Assembly: GCF_000039765.1 (NCBI RefSeq)
Contig: NC_004459.3
Location: 330,001-362,000 of the forward strand
Direction of reading: 5' to 3'
DNA: 32,000 nucleotides
From: Vibrio vulnificus CMCP6
GTDB lineage: Bacteria; Pseudomonadota; Gammaproteobacteria; Enterobacterales; Vibrionaceae
A program made the position numbers and the translations under genes. The notes under the pieces are model-generated. The model saw only the letters and a list, made by a program, of their open reading frames with translations. It did no database searches and was not told the DNA's origin. Shown piece after piece: positions 20,252-29,002 of this stretch (the stretch's first letter is position 1; each line of letters begins with the position of its first letter).

Positions 20252-21136
20252 ATGAAAAAACCATTTAACGTGATCGCCATTATCGGTAAGCCAAGAGATC
20301 AACAAGCGATTCAGACGCATCGTGACCTATATCATTGGTTGAGTTCACTCGGCTATCAGGTATTTATTGACGATCGACTTTCCGCCATTCTCAATGATGT
20401 TCCCGAAGAACACTTTTCTGGTTTGGTCGAGTTAGGTGAAAAAGCCGATTTGGCCATTGTCGTTGGGGGTGATGGCAATATGCTCGGTGCAGCCCGTATT
20501 CTCTCTCGCTTTAACACCCGTGTTATCGGGGTAAACAGAGGCAATCTTGGATTCTTGACCGACTTAAACCCTGAAGATTTCCAGCACTCTCTGGAAGCCG
20601 TTTTGGACGGAGCCTACATCGAGGAAGAACGATTTTTGCTTGAAGCAGAAATCCACCGCCATGGGCAAGTAAAAAGCCACAACGCCGCACTCAATGAAGC
20701 CGTGCTCCATCCGGGGCAAGTCGCGCATATGATTGAGTTTGAGGTTTACATCGATGAGAGCTTTGCATTTTCCCTACGTGCAGACGGTTTAATTGTCTCC
20801 ACACCAACAGGTTCAACCGCTTACTCGCTCTCTGGCGGAGGCCCCATTTTATCACCGAGCCTGAACGCCATTTCTTTGGTGCCAATGTTCCCTCATACAC
20901 TTTCAAGTCGACCATTAGTCGTGGATGGCAATCGCAGGATTAAACTACTGGTATCGCCAGACAACCGGGGAACGCAAGAAGTCAGCTGTGATGGCCAAGT
21001 CTCTCTTCCCGTTTCTCCCGGCGATGAGATTCATATCTATCAAAGCCCAAATCGACTTCGTCTGATCCATCCAAAAGACTACAGTTACTATCACGTCTTA
21101 CGTAACAAGCTTGGTTGGTCGAGCAAGTTGTTCTAA
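20252..21136 (+). CDS. nadK: NAD(+) kinase
   Basis: [39 protein letters not shown]. Confidence 0.97.
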   Translation: MKKPFNVIAIIGKPRDQQAIQTHRDLYHWLSSLGYQVFIDDRLSAILNDVPEEHFSGLVELGEKADLAIVVGGDGNMLGAARILSRFNTRVIGVNRGNLGFLTDLNPEDFQHSLEAVLDGAYIEEERFLLEAEIHRHGQVKSHNAALNEAVLHPGQVAHMIEFEVYIDESFAFSLRADGLIVSTPTGSTAYSLSGGGPILSPSLNAISLVPMFPHTLSSRPLVVDGNRRIKLLVSPDNRGTQEVSCDGQVSLPVSPGDEIHIYQSPNRLRLIHPKDYSYYHVLRNKLGWSSKLF

Positions 21137-21151
21137 ATCTCCTTCCTTAAA

Positions 21152-21175
21152 AGGGTTAAGGCGTACCTTAACCCT
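21152..21175. repeat. Perfect hairpin AGGGTTAAGG-CGTA-CCTTAACCCT downstream of nadK
   Basis: 10-bp perfect stem; no T-tract follows. Confidence 0.5.
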
Positions 21176-21317
21176 CTGTACGATCATCAAAAAACACTCT
21201 TCCGACAAAGGAAATTCAACTTATCACCTTAGCTTTGCCTTTACATTTTCTTCTATGGAAACAGCACTCTATTGGTAAATAAAACCGCCTTCACATTTTT
21301 TCTCTTGGAGATCTTTA

Positions 21318-21333
21318 CTGTATAAAGAAACAG
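21318..21333. promoter_or_regulatory. LexA (SOS) box 1 CTGTATAAAGAAACAG
   Basis: CTGT-N8-ACAG upstream of recN. Confidence 0.85.
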
Positions 21334-21339
21334 TATATA

Positions 21340-21355
21340 CTGAATTTATATACAG
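21340..21355. promoter_or_regulatory. LexA (SOS) box 2 CTGAATTTATATACAG
   Basis: CTG-N10-CAG with AT-rich core; a weaker third candidate TTG-N10-CAG lies at 21358-21373. Confidence 0.8.
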
Positions 21356-21383
21356 TATTGTTCAGTTATACAGGTAAACCAAA

Positions 21384-23048
21384 ATGCTGGCTCATTTAAG
21401 TGTTAATAATTTTGCTATTGTTAAGTCTTTACAACTCGAGCTGTCAAAAGGCATGACAACCATTACCGGTGAAACCGGAGCAGGTAAATCCATTGCTATT
21501 GACGCACTGGGTCTATGCCTTGGTGGACGCGCAGAAGCCAGTATGGTGAGGCAAGGCGAGGACAAAACTGAAGTCAGTGCCGCCTTTCTACTCGACAACA
21601 ATCTTCACGCCACACGCTGGCTAGAAGACAACGAACTTTTAGACGGCAGTGAATGTATTTTACGCCGCATTATTACCAGTGAAGGGCGCTCTAGAGCCTT
21701 CATCAACGGCAGTCCGGTTCCCCTTTCTCAGCTAAAAGCATTGGGACAACTGCTGATCAACATTCACGGCCAGCACGCCCATCATCAATTGATGAAGAGC
21801 GAACATCAAATGGCCATGGTGGATCAATACGCTGGCCACCTCAACTTGCTGAAAAACACACGTGTCGCTTACCAAAATTGGCGCCAAGCAGATAATCATC
21901 TAAAACAGTTGCAAGAGAACAGCCTCCAAAACCAAGCTCAAAAACAGTTATTGGAATACCAAATAAAAGAACTCAATGAACTTGCGATTGGTGAAGAAGA
22001 ATTTACTGAGCTCGAACAAGAACACAAGTTGCTATCCAATAGCGGAGAGCTCGCCAGTACTTGCCAACATGCAATAGAACTTATCTACGAAGGCGAAGAC
22101 GTTAACGCACTCGGTATTTTGCAAAGCGCCAGCAATGCTTTGATTGAATTGGCAGAGCTAGACCCGAAACTCAGTGCTCTTCCTGATATGGTCGCCGAAG
22201 CGATCATTCAGCTTGAAGAAGCCAACAGTGAACTCAGAAATTACCTCGATCGTATCGATGTCGATCCAGCTCGTATGGCCTATGTTGAGCAGCGTTTTTC
22301 CAAGGTAATGTCCGTGGCTCGTAAACACCACGTTCAACCTGAAGAGCTTTATCAACATCATCAAGATCTGCTGCAACAAATAGAAGCGTTAGATTGCTCC
22401 GATGAAAAAATGGATGAGTTAGCCGCCAATGTGCAGGTTAAATACCAAGACTATCTTGAACAAGCGGAGAAACTGCATAAATCCCGCTGTCGCTATGCCA
22501 AAGAACTCAACAAGCTGATTAGCCAAAGTATGCATGAACTGAGCATGGAAAAGGCAGTCTTTAACATTGAAGTCAACAATGAAGGCACACATCCCTCGCC
22601 ATTAGGCTTAGACACTGTGTGCTTCTTGGTTTCAACCAACCCAGGCCAACCACTGCAACCTATTGCTAAAGTCGCTTCTGGTGGTGAGTTGTCGCGCATT
22701 TCTCTTGCCATTCAAGTCATCACGGCGCAAAAAGTCGACACACCTAGCCTCATTTTTGATGAAGTAGACGTAGGTATCAGTGGGCCAACAGCGGCGGTCG
22801 TCGGAAAAATGCTGCGTAAACTGGGAGAATCAACTCAGGTGCTATGTGTGACTCACTTACCGCAAGTTGCAGGGTGTGGTCATCAGCAAATGTTCGTGGC
22901 TAAGAACACCAAAAATGGCACCACAGAAACACAAATGCGCTTGTTAGACCAAAATCAGCGCGTGTCGGAGTTAGCACGCCTACTTGGTGGAAGCCAAATT
23001 ACTGAATCCACACTCGCCAATGCAAAAGAGTTGCTGATCGCAGCGTAG
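21384..23048 (+). CDS. recN: DNA repair protein RecN
   Basis: [50 protein letters not shown]; [23 protein letters not shown]. Confidence 0.97.
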   Translation: MLAHLSVNNFAIVKSLQLELSKGMTTITGETGAGKSIAIDALGLCLGGRAEASMVRQGEDKTEVSAAFLLDNNLHATRWLEDNELLDGSECILRRIITSEGRSRAFINGSPVPLSQLKALGQLLINIHGQHAHHQLMKSEHQMAMVDQYAGHLNLLKNTRVAYQNWRQADNHLKQLQENSLQNQAQKQLLEYQIKELNELAIGEEEFTELEQEHKLLSNSGELASTCQHAIELIYEGEDVNALGILQSASNALIELAELDPKLSALPDMVAEAIIQLEEANSELRNYLDRIDVDPARMAYVEQRFSKVMSVARKHHVQPEELYQHHQDLLQQIEALDCSDEKMDELAANVQVKYQDYLEQAEKLHKSRCRYAKELNKLISQSMHELSMEKAVFNIEVNNEGTHPSPLGLDTVCFLVSTNPGQPLQPIAKVASGGELSRISLAIQVITAQKVDTPSLIFDEVDVGISGPTAAVVGKMLRKLGESTQVLCVTHLPQVAGCGHQQMFVAKNTKNGTTETQMRLLDQNQRVSELARLLGGSQITESTLANAKELLIAA

Positions 23049-23071
23049 TTTAAGCCTTCTTCAACAATCAG

Positions 23072-23099
23072 CCAGGTTCCTTGAGCCTGGCTTTTTTCT
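23072..23099 (+). terminator. recN terminator AGCCAGGTTCCTTGAGCCTGGCTTTTTT
   Basis: Hairpin plus T-tract. Confidence 0.85.
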
Positions 23100-23226
23100 T
23101 CATAAATGCAACTCATCTCAAAATTCGTTGTCTGATTCCTCAATACTCTCCACAGAGCTTTTTACATCTGAGCCGAGCTTGTTTATTATCGGTCGCAGTA
23201 TTTTTGAGGTTACTAAGAATTTAGCT

Positions 23227-23586
23227 ATGCAATTAAAGAAGTGGTTGGTTGCCTTACCATTGGCAATGACAATGCTGACAGGCTGCTCGGTGTTAGAAAA
23301 ACTGGTCTATCGTATTGATATCAACCAAGGTAACTACGTTGAACAACAAGCGGTTGATAAATTGAAATTTGGCATGACCAAAGCACAAGTGCGCTTTGTC
23401 ATGGGTTCACCGATGCTGATCGAAAATGGCTATCCAAATACTTGGTACTATATCTACCACCATACGGAAGGGCACAAAGAGTCTATCCAGAAAAACCTTA
23501 TCGTTAACTTCAACGATGATGGCACATTGGTGGATATTGCAGGAGACTTTCCTGCCAGTGATAGCTTTTTTGAAGGGCTCCGTTAA
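23227..23586 (+). CDS. bamE: Outer membrane protein assembly factor BamE (SmpA)
   Basis: Lipobox [48 protein letters not shown]; start reset to MQLKKW. Confidence 0.95.
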   Translation: MQLKKWLVALPLAMTMLTGCSVLEKLVYRIDINQGNYVEQQAVDKLKFGMTKAQVRFVMGSPMLIENGYPNTWYYIYHHTEGHKESIQKNLIVNFNDDGTLVDIAGDFPASDSFFEGLR

Positions 23587-23629
23587 GCGTTATAGAGTAC
23601 CTTCCGCATCCATTACGATGGTCCTATAA

Positions 23630-23660
23630 CAACAAACCCCGAGAATTCGGGGTTTGTTTT
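23630..23660. terminator. Hairpin CAAACCCCGA-GAAT-TCGGGGTTTG with T-tract
   Basis: Strong stem between convergent bamE and rnfH. Confidence 0.85.
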
Positions 23661-23680
23661 AGCCAGTATTGAAGCTGAAG

Positions 23681-24034
23681 TTAGTCCGCTTTGCGCAGTG
23701 GGCTTGGTTTGCCTCCTGTGACAGGATCCGCCGCACCACTCTCTTTTGCTTGCTCAGCACGTTTACGACGAATCTCTTTGGGATCGGCCAATAAAGGACG
23801 ATAAATTTCAATACGATCTTTATCGCGCACCGTTGCATCTAATTTCACCAAACGGCTAAACACCCCAACCTTATTTTTGCCAAGGTCAATCTCGGGATAG
23901 ATCTCTAACACGCCAGATTGACGAATGATCTCTTCCACTGTCGCTTGTTGGTTCACCACAAGGGTTAATACACGTTGCTCCTGAGGTAAAGCATAAACCA
24001 CCTCAACGTGGATCATCTCAGATTCAATACTCAT
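23681..24034 (-). CDS. rnfH: RnfH family ubiquitin-like protein (UPF0125)
   Basis: [55 protein letters not shown]...[24 protein letters not shown]. Confidence 0.92.
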   Translation of the reverse strand: MSIESEMIHVEVVYALPQEQRVLTLVVNQQATVEEIIRQSGVLEIYPEIDLGKNKVGVFSRLVKLDATVRDKDRIEIYRPLLADPKEIRRKRAEQAKESGAADPVTGGKPSPLRKAD

Positions 24035-24462
24035 AAATACACCTGCTTCGCACGCTGAGTAAATGCATTGACCATATTATTGGTCAGCTCATTAAAGATT
24101 TTGCCAAAGGCGAGCTCAATCATCTTGCTTGAAAACTCAAACTCCAGCTTTAACTCAACTTTGCACGCTTGCTCATCTAAGGCAGTAAAGAACCACCCTC
24201 CTTTGAGGGTTTTAAAGGGGCCATCGACCAGCGTCATCATGATCGCTTCACCTGGAACAAGATGATTAGCGGTGGTGAAAGTTTTGCTGATACCCGCCTT
24301 TGCCACATCTACCGACGCGACCATATTGGAGTCCGACGCCTCGATCACTCGGCTCCCAGAACAACCTGGCAAAAATTCAGGGTACTTTGCCACATCATTC
24401 ACTAGGGCATACATCTGTTCTGCACTAAACGATACCAATGCAGACCGGGTGACTTGCTTCAT
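24031..24462 (-). CDS. ratA: Type II toxin-antitoxin RatA / coenzyme Q-binding-like START domain protein
   Basis: [44 protein letters not shown]...[24 protein letters not shown]; overlaps rnfH. Confidence 0.9.
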   Translation of the reverse strand: MKQVTRSALVSFSAEQMYALVNDVAKYPEFLPGCSGSRVIEASDSNMVASVDVAKAGISKTFTTANHLVPGEAIMMTLVDGPFKTLKGGWFFTALDEQACKVELKLEFEFSSKMIELAFGKIFNELTNNMVNAFTQRAKQVYL

Positions 24463-24577
24463 AGACTCTCCTCTCACAGCTTTCATTTCAAAGCGCCAAA
24501 CAATTTTACTGTTATTCTGAGCCAGCGCAAACAAAAGCATTTCCTATCAAAGTTGCACACCGTATAATGGCATCACT

Positions 24578-25063
24578 ATGGCAAAGAAAAATTCAAAACC
24601 AAAAGCGGGTAGCAACACTATCGCGCTGAACAAAAAAGCTCGCCACGAATATTTCATAGAAGATGAGATTGAAGCAGGCATGGAGCTACAAGGGTGGGAA
24701 GTGAAAGCTCTTCGCCAGGGCAAAGCCAATATTTCTGAAAGTTACGTATTTATGCGTGACGGCGAAGCCTTCGTTAGCGGCATGACTATCACTCCTTTGA
24801 ATCAAGCGTCGACACACGTAGTAGCGAACCCTACCCGTGTGCGCAAACTGCTCATGAGCCGTCGTGAACTTGATAACTTACTCGGACGTATCAACCGCGA
24901 AGGCATGACATTAGCAGCACTTTCCCTCTACTGGGCTCGCTCATGGGTGAAGATCAAAATCGGTGTAGCAAAAGGTAAAAAGCTACACGATAAACGTGAT
25001 GATATTAAAGATCGCGATTGGCAACGCCAAAAAGCTCGCGTGATGAAGAGTTCACTGCGTTAA
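24578..25063 (+). CDS. smpB: SsrA-binding protein SmpB
   Basis: [40 protein letters not shown]; [25 protein letters not shown]. Confidence 0.97.
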
Positions 25064-25088
25064 ACTTAACCACTTAGACGCATACTAC

Positions 25089-25116
25089 TGGACAGAAAAG
25101 GCTTTTCTGGTAGTAT
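25089..25116 (+). promoter_or_regulatory. Candidate sigma70 promoter of ssrA (TGGACA-N16-TAGTAT)
   Basis: Near-consensus -35/-10 ending about 14 nt before the tmRNA 5' end; GC-rich discriminator follows; lies within an inverted repeat spanning 25081-25117. Confidence 0.5.
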
Positions 25117-25130
25117 GCCCGAATTACCTT

Positions 25131-25497
25131 GGGGCTGATTTAGGATTCGACGGGAATTTTGCAGTCTGAGGTGCATGCCGAGGTGCGGTAGGCCTCGTTA
25201 ACAAACCGCAAAAAAATAGTCGCAAACGACGAAAACTACGCACTAGCAGCTTAATAAACTGCTCAGAGCCCTCTCGCCCTAGCTTCCGCTTGTAAGACGG
25301 GGAATCACGAGGGGTCAAACCAAATCAAGCTGGCGTGGATTCCCCCACCTGAGGGATGAAGCGTAAGATATAATTCAGGTTAGCTATTCATTCGCGTGTC
25401 GGTTCGCAGGTGGTAGTGAAATTAAAGATCGACTAAGCATGTAGTACCAATGATGAATGGTTTTCGGACGGGGGTTCAAATCCCCCCAGCTCCACCA
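25131..25497 (+). ncRNA. ssrA: Transfer-messenger RNA (tmRNA)
   Basis: 5' GGGGCTGATTTAGGATTCGACGGG, tag frame GCAAACGACGAAAACTACGCACTAGCAGCTTAATAA (ANDENYALAA), 3' GGACGGGGGTTCAAATCCCCCCAGCTCCACCA. Confidence 0.97.
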
Positions 25498-25623
25498 AAC
25501 ATCAAAACGAAAGCGCTCGGAAGAGCGCTTTTTTTTTTCGCCTGAAGCCTTATAGAACGGGCGCTCATCACACTTTCGGAAATCTGAATCGTTCGGAAGC
25601 GTTCGGTTGAAATCGGTGCAATC

Positions 25624-25689
25624 CGCCAACTTTTGTTCCCCGTTGCGTTCCCCAATTCCCCCAATTATATTGCTGGGGAACAGTTGGCG
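25624..25689. repeat. Inverted repeat CGCCAACT(ttt)GTTCCCC ... GGGGAACAGTTGGCG upstream of the integrase, with extra GTTCCCC copies in the loop
   Basis: Arms 25624-25641 and 25675-25689 match over 15 bp with a 3-nt bulge. Confidence 0.7.
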
Positions 25690-25725
25690 TCCCCGACTAT
25701 TTTGGGGAGCACTAAAAGGATCTAA

Positions 25726-27084
25726 ATGATGGCTAGAAGAAACCCTGACAAAACTTATGATAAGGCATCTCTGCAAGACGGCAAGAAAGAACAACTCATC
25801 AGCGACGGTGATAATCTTTATCTTCGCTTGCGCTTGGGAAAAAATAAAAAGACGAAAAAATCTTGGCAATTCAACTATCATCATCCACTGACTAAAAAAC
25901 GCATCAAACTAACAATCGGAAACTATCCCGCACTTACACTCAAAGACGCTCGAAAGAAGGCGGAAAATTATCTAGAGTTACTTGAAAAAAACATCGATCC
26001 TCAAGAGTACGAGCGCACGGGTGGCATTAACGCAATTGATCCAGACAAGCGACTCTTTAAAGACGTAGCTGAAAAGTGGTTTGAAGAAAAAATATTGGCT
26101 GAAGACAAAAAGAAGCGACAAGAAAAAATTGACGATGCAAACAAGCGTGCGAAAGATGAAGGTCGAGAAAAAGCATCAGAACAAGAGCTTGAAGCAGTCT
26201 TGCGCGACATCAGATACTCAAAAGACATCCGAGGGCGCTTAGATAACCACATATTACCCGCTTTGGGCAATATACCGATCACTAAGATGGAGACCTATCT
26301 TGCTCAAGAAGCATTGCAACCCAGCTACGCGAAGGGTATAAACATGGACAAGATTTGTCAGATCTCTAGTCGCGTCATGGGGTATGCTAAAAAACTGGGC
26401 TATATGAAATCAAACCCGCTCAGTGACTTGAGTGAAGTGTTTGTGAACAAGCGCAAACAAAAGCAACCTTCAATCAAACCCGAAGGGCTAAGTGAGCTGA
26501 TGAAAGCAATGGGTGAGCGCAACATAACTAAAGTCACCCGCGCTGGTTTTGAAATGCAAATGCACACACTGGCACGAGCATCAGAGATAGCAAAAATGCG
26601 GTGGGACGAAGTCGATTTTGAGAATAACTTAATAAAAATACCGAGCTATCGAATGAAGCGCTTAAATGAGCATTTCATACCGCTGACTAAATACACGCGT
26701 GGCTTACTGGAGTACTTAAAACCGTTTAGCTCTCATCTTGAGTATGTTTTCCCCGCAGATCCACGCTCATCTCGACCGCACATGAATCAGCAGAGCATCA
26801 ACGCAAACCTAAAGCGAGCTGGCTTTAAAGGTGAACTTGTATCGCACGGATTCAGACACATGGGCAGTACTTTTTTGAATGACTCAAAAAAATACGGAGC
26901 GAATGAGAAGTTTGACGCTGACGTGATCGAAGCATGCCTTGCGCATTGCGATAACGACAAGATTCGTGAGATCTACAATAGCGCAGAGTACATCGAGATG
27001 AGACGAGAGATTCTCGAATTCTGGGGCGATTATATCGTCGAACAAACAGCTAACTATCACTCAATCGCCGCTCGCTTCAAGTAA
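25726..27084 (+). CDS. Tyrosine recombinase / phage-type integrase of an ssrA-targeting genomic island
   Basis: N-terminal DUF4102-like KLTIGNYPALTLKDARKKAENYL; catalytic motifs HTLARASEIAKMRWDEVD (R), SHGFRHMGSTFLND (HxxR), LAHCDNDKIREIYNSAEY (Y). Confidence 0.92.
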   Translation: MMARRNPDKTYDKASLQDGKKEQLISDGDNLYLRLRLGKNKKTKKSWQFNYHHPLTKKRIKLTIGNYPALTLKDARKKAENYLELLEKNIDPQEYERTGGINAIDPDKRLFKDVAEKWFEEKILAEDKKKRQEKIDDANKRAKDEGREKASEQELEAVLRDIRYSKDIRGRLDNHILPALGNIPITKMETYLAQEALQPSYAKGINMDKICQISSRVMGYAKKLGYMKSNPLSDLSEVFVNKRKQKQPSIKPEGLSELMKAMGERNITKVTRAGFEMQMHTLARASEIAKMRWDEVDFENNLIKIPSYRMKRLNEHFIPLTKYTRGLLEYLKPFSSHLEYVFPADPRSSRPHMNQQSINANLKRAGFKGELVSHGFRHMGSTFLNDSKKYGANEKFDADVIEACLAHCDNDKIREIYNSAEYIEMRREILEFWGDYIVEQTANYHSIAARFK

Positions 27085-27093
27085 CCTACACCA

Positions 27094-27118
27094 CAGCCCT
27101 CTCATGCTCAGAGGGCTG
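27094..27118. terminator. Hairpin CAGCCCTCT-CATGCTC-AGAGGGCTG after the integrase
   Basis: Perfect 9-bp stem just after the integrase stop; weak T-tract. Confidence 0.6.
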
Positions 27119-27159
27119 AATTCCCCCTTCCACCACTACACCCTTCAAAATAAACCTGT

Positions 27160-27248
27160 CTTTTATTATACATAACGCGCTTAATAAAATTACTTTTATT
27201 ATACATAGCACGCCCAATAAAACTTACTTTATTATACATAGCAACTTC
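27160..27248 (+). repeat. Three tandem direct repeats of a 33-34 bp unit (CTTTTATTATACATArCrCGCyyAATAAAAyTTA), third copy partial
   Basis: Copies begin at 27160, 27193 and 27227; copies 1 and 2 also contain a TTTTATT.../...AATAAAA inverted pair. Confidence 0.8.
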
Positions 27249-27548
27249 ATCAAGTTAACCAAATTAAAAATCTTTAATGTGAAAATCTTAAAAAACACTT
27301 TACAAACCATCTTTTCGATCATAACTTAATCAACTCGCACAACTGCGAAGCAAAAGCATTATAAAGTGCAGCAACTGCTTTTATAAAGTTGCAAACAAAT
27401 AATAAGCAAAATAACTTTAAAATAATATAACAACAAAGAGTCTATCGTAACTAGAAGTGCAGACAGCGTATCAGCACTCAGTACAACTGATTCACTAACT
27501 AATTATTTAAAACGAATGCTTTTGTTTGTTTGAAAGGCTTAGTAAAGA

Positions 27549-27809
27549 ATGAACGAACTACAATTTATGTCGCTAAAAGAAGTAATTGAACTTGTTACAC
27601 TAAAGAAAACTGCGATTTACGATAAGATAAAAAAAGGCGAATTTCCACCGCAAATTCGCATGGGCGGTAACACTATTGTATTCATCAAATCAGAGCTGGA
27701 ATTTTACTTAGCTAGTAAAATTCTTGAGAAAGATGAGAAAGAGACAGTACAAAAAATCTTAGAGAAGCGAGAAGAGACGTTTAAGCCGATTCTTGAGATG
27801 TATATGTAA
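27549..27809 (+). CDS. AlpA-like HTH transcriptional regulator / putative recombination directionality factor
   Basis: 86 aa; QFMSLKEVIELVTLKKTAIYDKIKKGEFPPQIRMGGNTIVFIKSELEFYL is an AlpA-type winged HTH. Confidence 0.82.
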   Translation: MNELQFMSLKEVIELVTLKKTAIYDKIKKGEFPPQIRMGGNTIVFIKSELEFYLASKILEKDEKETVQKILEKREETFKPILEMYM

Positions 27810-27822
27810 GATGCAAGATATT

Positions 27823-27855
27823 AAAAAGCCAGCTCATCGAGCTGGCTTTTTTGTA
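27823..27855. terminator. Bidirectional terminator AAAAAGCCAGCTC-ATC-GAGCTGGCTTTTTT
   Basis: Strong stem with T-tract between convergent genes. Confidence 0.85.
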
Positions 27856-27861
27856 TGGTGA

Positions 27862-28365
27862 TTATAAACCGTACTTTTCGGGATGAGCAAGCATGTAATC
27901 TTTAACTTCTTCTTCGCTCATTCTGTAGTTATCTAGCTCACCGCTCTCTTTTGCAGCTCTGAAAACTTCTGGAGAGCGTCCTTTACCAGACCAGACGTGC
28001 TCTTCGTCATCTAAAACAATGCGGTATTGTGGACGTGTCGGTGCGTTCTTTCTCTCTTTGTTATTGCTAGTCTTTGTGCTTCTAGTGCGAGCTGCAACAC
28101 TCACTTTAAAGCGAGCAGCAATAGCTAAAGCAAACTCTTCTTTCGAGATAGACTCTTCTTCTAAATCGCGCTCAATGCTATCAATCAAGTCTTCGATCTT
28201 TTGCTTGCGCTCAGCCTCTTGCTTCTCTTTCTGCACTTGGACAGCTTCTGTCGCTGCTTTAGTGAATGCTTGAACAGCATCGCCCCCCAGTGAGGCAAGC
28301 TTTTCAGCTAGGTCTGGTGACTGTAGAAGCGCTTGCAATTGCTCGTTTGTTAGCTCTTTACTCAT
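27862..28365 (-). CDS. H-NS family-like nucleoid-associated protein encoded on the element
   Basis: Coiled-coil N-terminal half and C-terminal H-NS-like motif YRIVLDDEEHVWSGKGRSPEVFRAAKESGELDNYRM. Confidence 0.7.
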   Translation of the reverse strand: MSKELTNEQLQALLQSPDLAEKLASLGGDAVQAFTKAATEAVQVQKEKQEAERKQKIEDLIDSIERDLEEESISKEEFALAIAARFKVSVAARTRSTKTSNNKERKNAPTRPQYRIVLDDEEHVWSGKGRSPEVFRAAKESGELDNYRMSEEEVKDYMLAHPEKYGL

Positions 28366-28680
28366 TGTTTTAGTGTCTACTTTTGAACTTCAATGTGTAT
28401 AATTTAAAGTAAATCAAAGAGCAAATAAAGCTCTCATTTAAAAATAATCAGTAATCACCATGTAAATTATTTACAAAACCTGCGCTTGGTGAGCACATTC
28501 TATTTTAAGAATATAAATAACCACTCTTCAATTTATTTAGAAATAAAAAGAAAACACCTCCCCCTCATTTTTTTATAAAAATAGACCCGCACTGCATTAG
28601 TTACTTTCTTTAAACGAATAATACATATGCATTAACACTGCATGTTTAAGTAGAAAATATGCATACACGTAGAATGACTT

Positions 28681-28737
28681 TTCGTGCATCGCACTTTGAC
28701 TGCTTACATGTAGTGCGAACAAAGCACGATGCACGAA
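28681..28737. repeat. Large inverted repeat TTCGTGCATCGCACTTTG ... CAAAGCACGATGCACGAA
   Basis: 18-bp arms (28681-28698, 28720-28737), 16/18 complementary, 21-nt loop, followed by CCATTTTTT. Confidence 0.8.
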
Positions 28738-28850
28738 GACCATTTTTTATTAAAATAATATATTTTATAATGATATTTCAATGGACATTATAATACATAC
28801 AATCTTATAATATAAGTACATAGTTAGTAACAAGCGGATACTGCTCTTCC

Positions 28851-28867
28851 CCATTTGTTCCAAATGG
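28851..28867. repeat. Perfect palindrome CCATTTG-TTC-CAAATGG upstream of the 250-aa ORF
   Basis: 7-bp arms, 3-nt spacer. Confidence 0.6.
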
Positions 28868-29002
28868 CTCGTTTGTAGCTTTAGCCTCCCCTTCAGTCGG
28901 TTGCGCTAACATGCTTCGCAGTTATCGCTAAGTCGCACGCTGTTGCTTACTAGATAAATAAGATAATAAAAATAAAATAATAATAAAAAGAGAAATAATA
29001 AA

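Noticed and set aside
24031-24462. ratA considered as part of a ratA-rnfH (ratB) toxin-antitoxin system
   Set aside because: This is a conserved chromosomal pair in gammaproteobacteria, associated with coenzyme Q/respiratory function; the locus alone gives no evidence for a novel toxin-antitoxin module.
25384-25884. 166-aa minus-strand ORF (…WWSWGDLNPRPKTIHHWYYM…)
   Set aside because: Antisense to the tmRNA 3' end and the integrase leader; the WSWGDLNPRP string is the reverse complement of the tmRNA acceptor/T-arm region, a common spurious ORF.
27160-27248. Possible CRISPR array
   Set aside because: Units are contiguous 33-34 bp tandem repeats without distinct spacers and without cas genes; treated as iteron-like repeats.
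28659-28793. 44-aa ORF (MHTRRMTFRASHFDCLHVVRTKHDARRPFFIKIIYFIMIFQWTL) spanning the large inverted repeat
   Set aside because: No clear ribosome-binding site, composition dictated by the repeat, and likely chance in AT-rich DNA.
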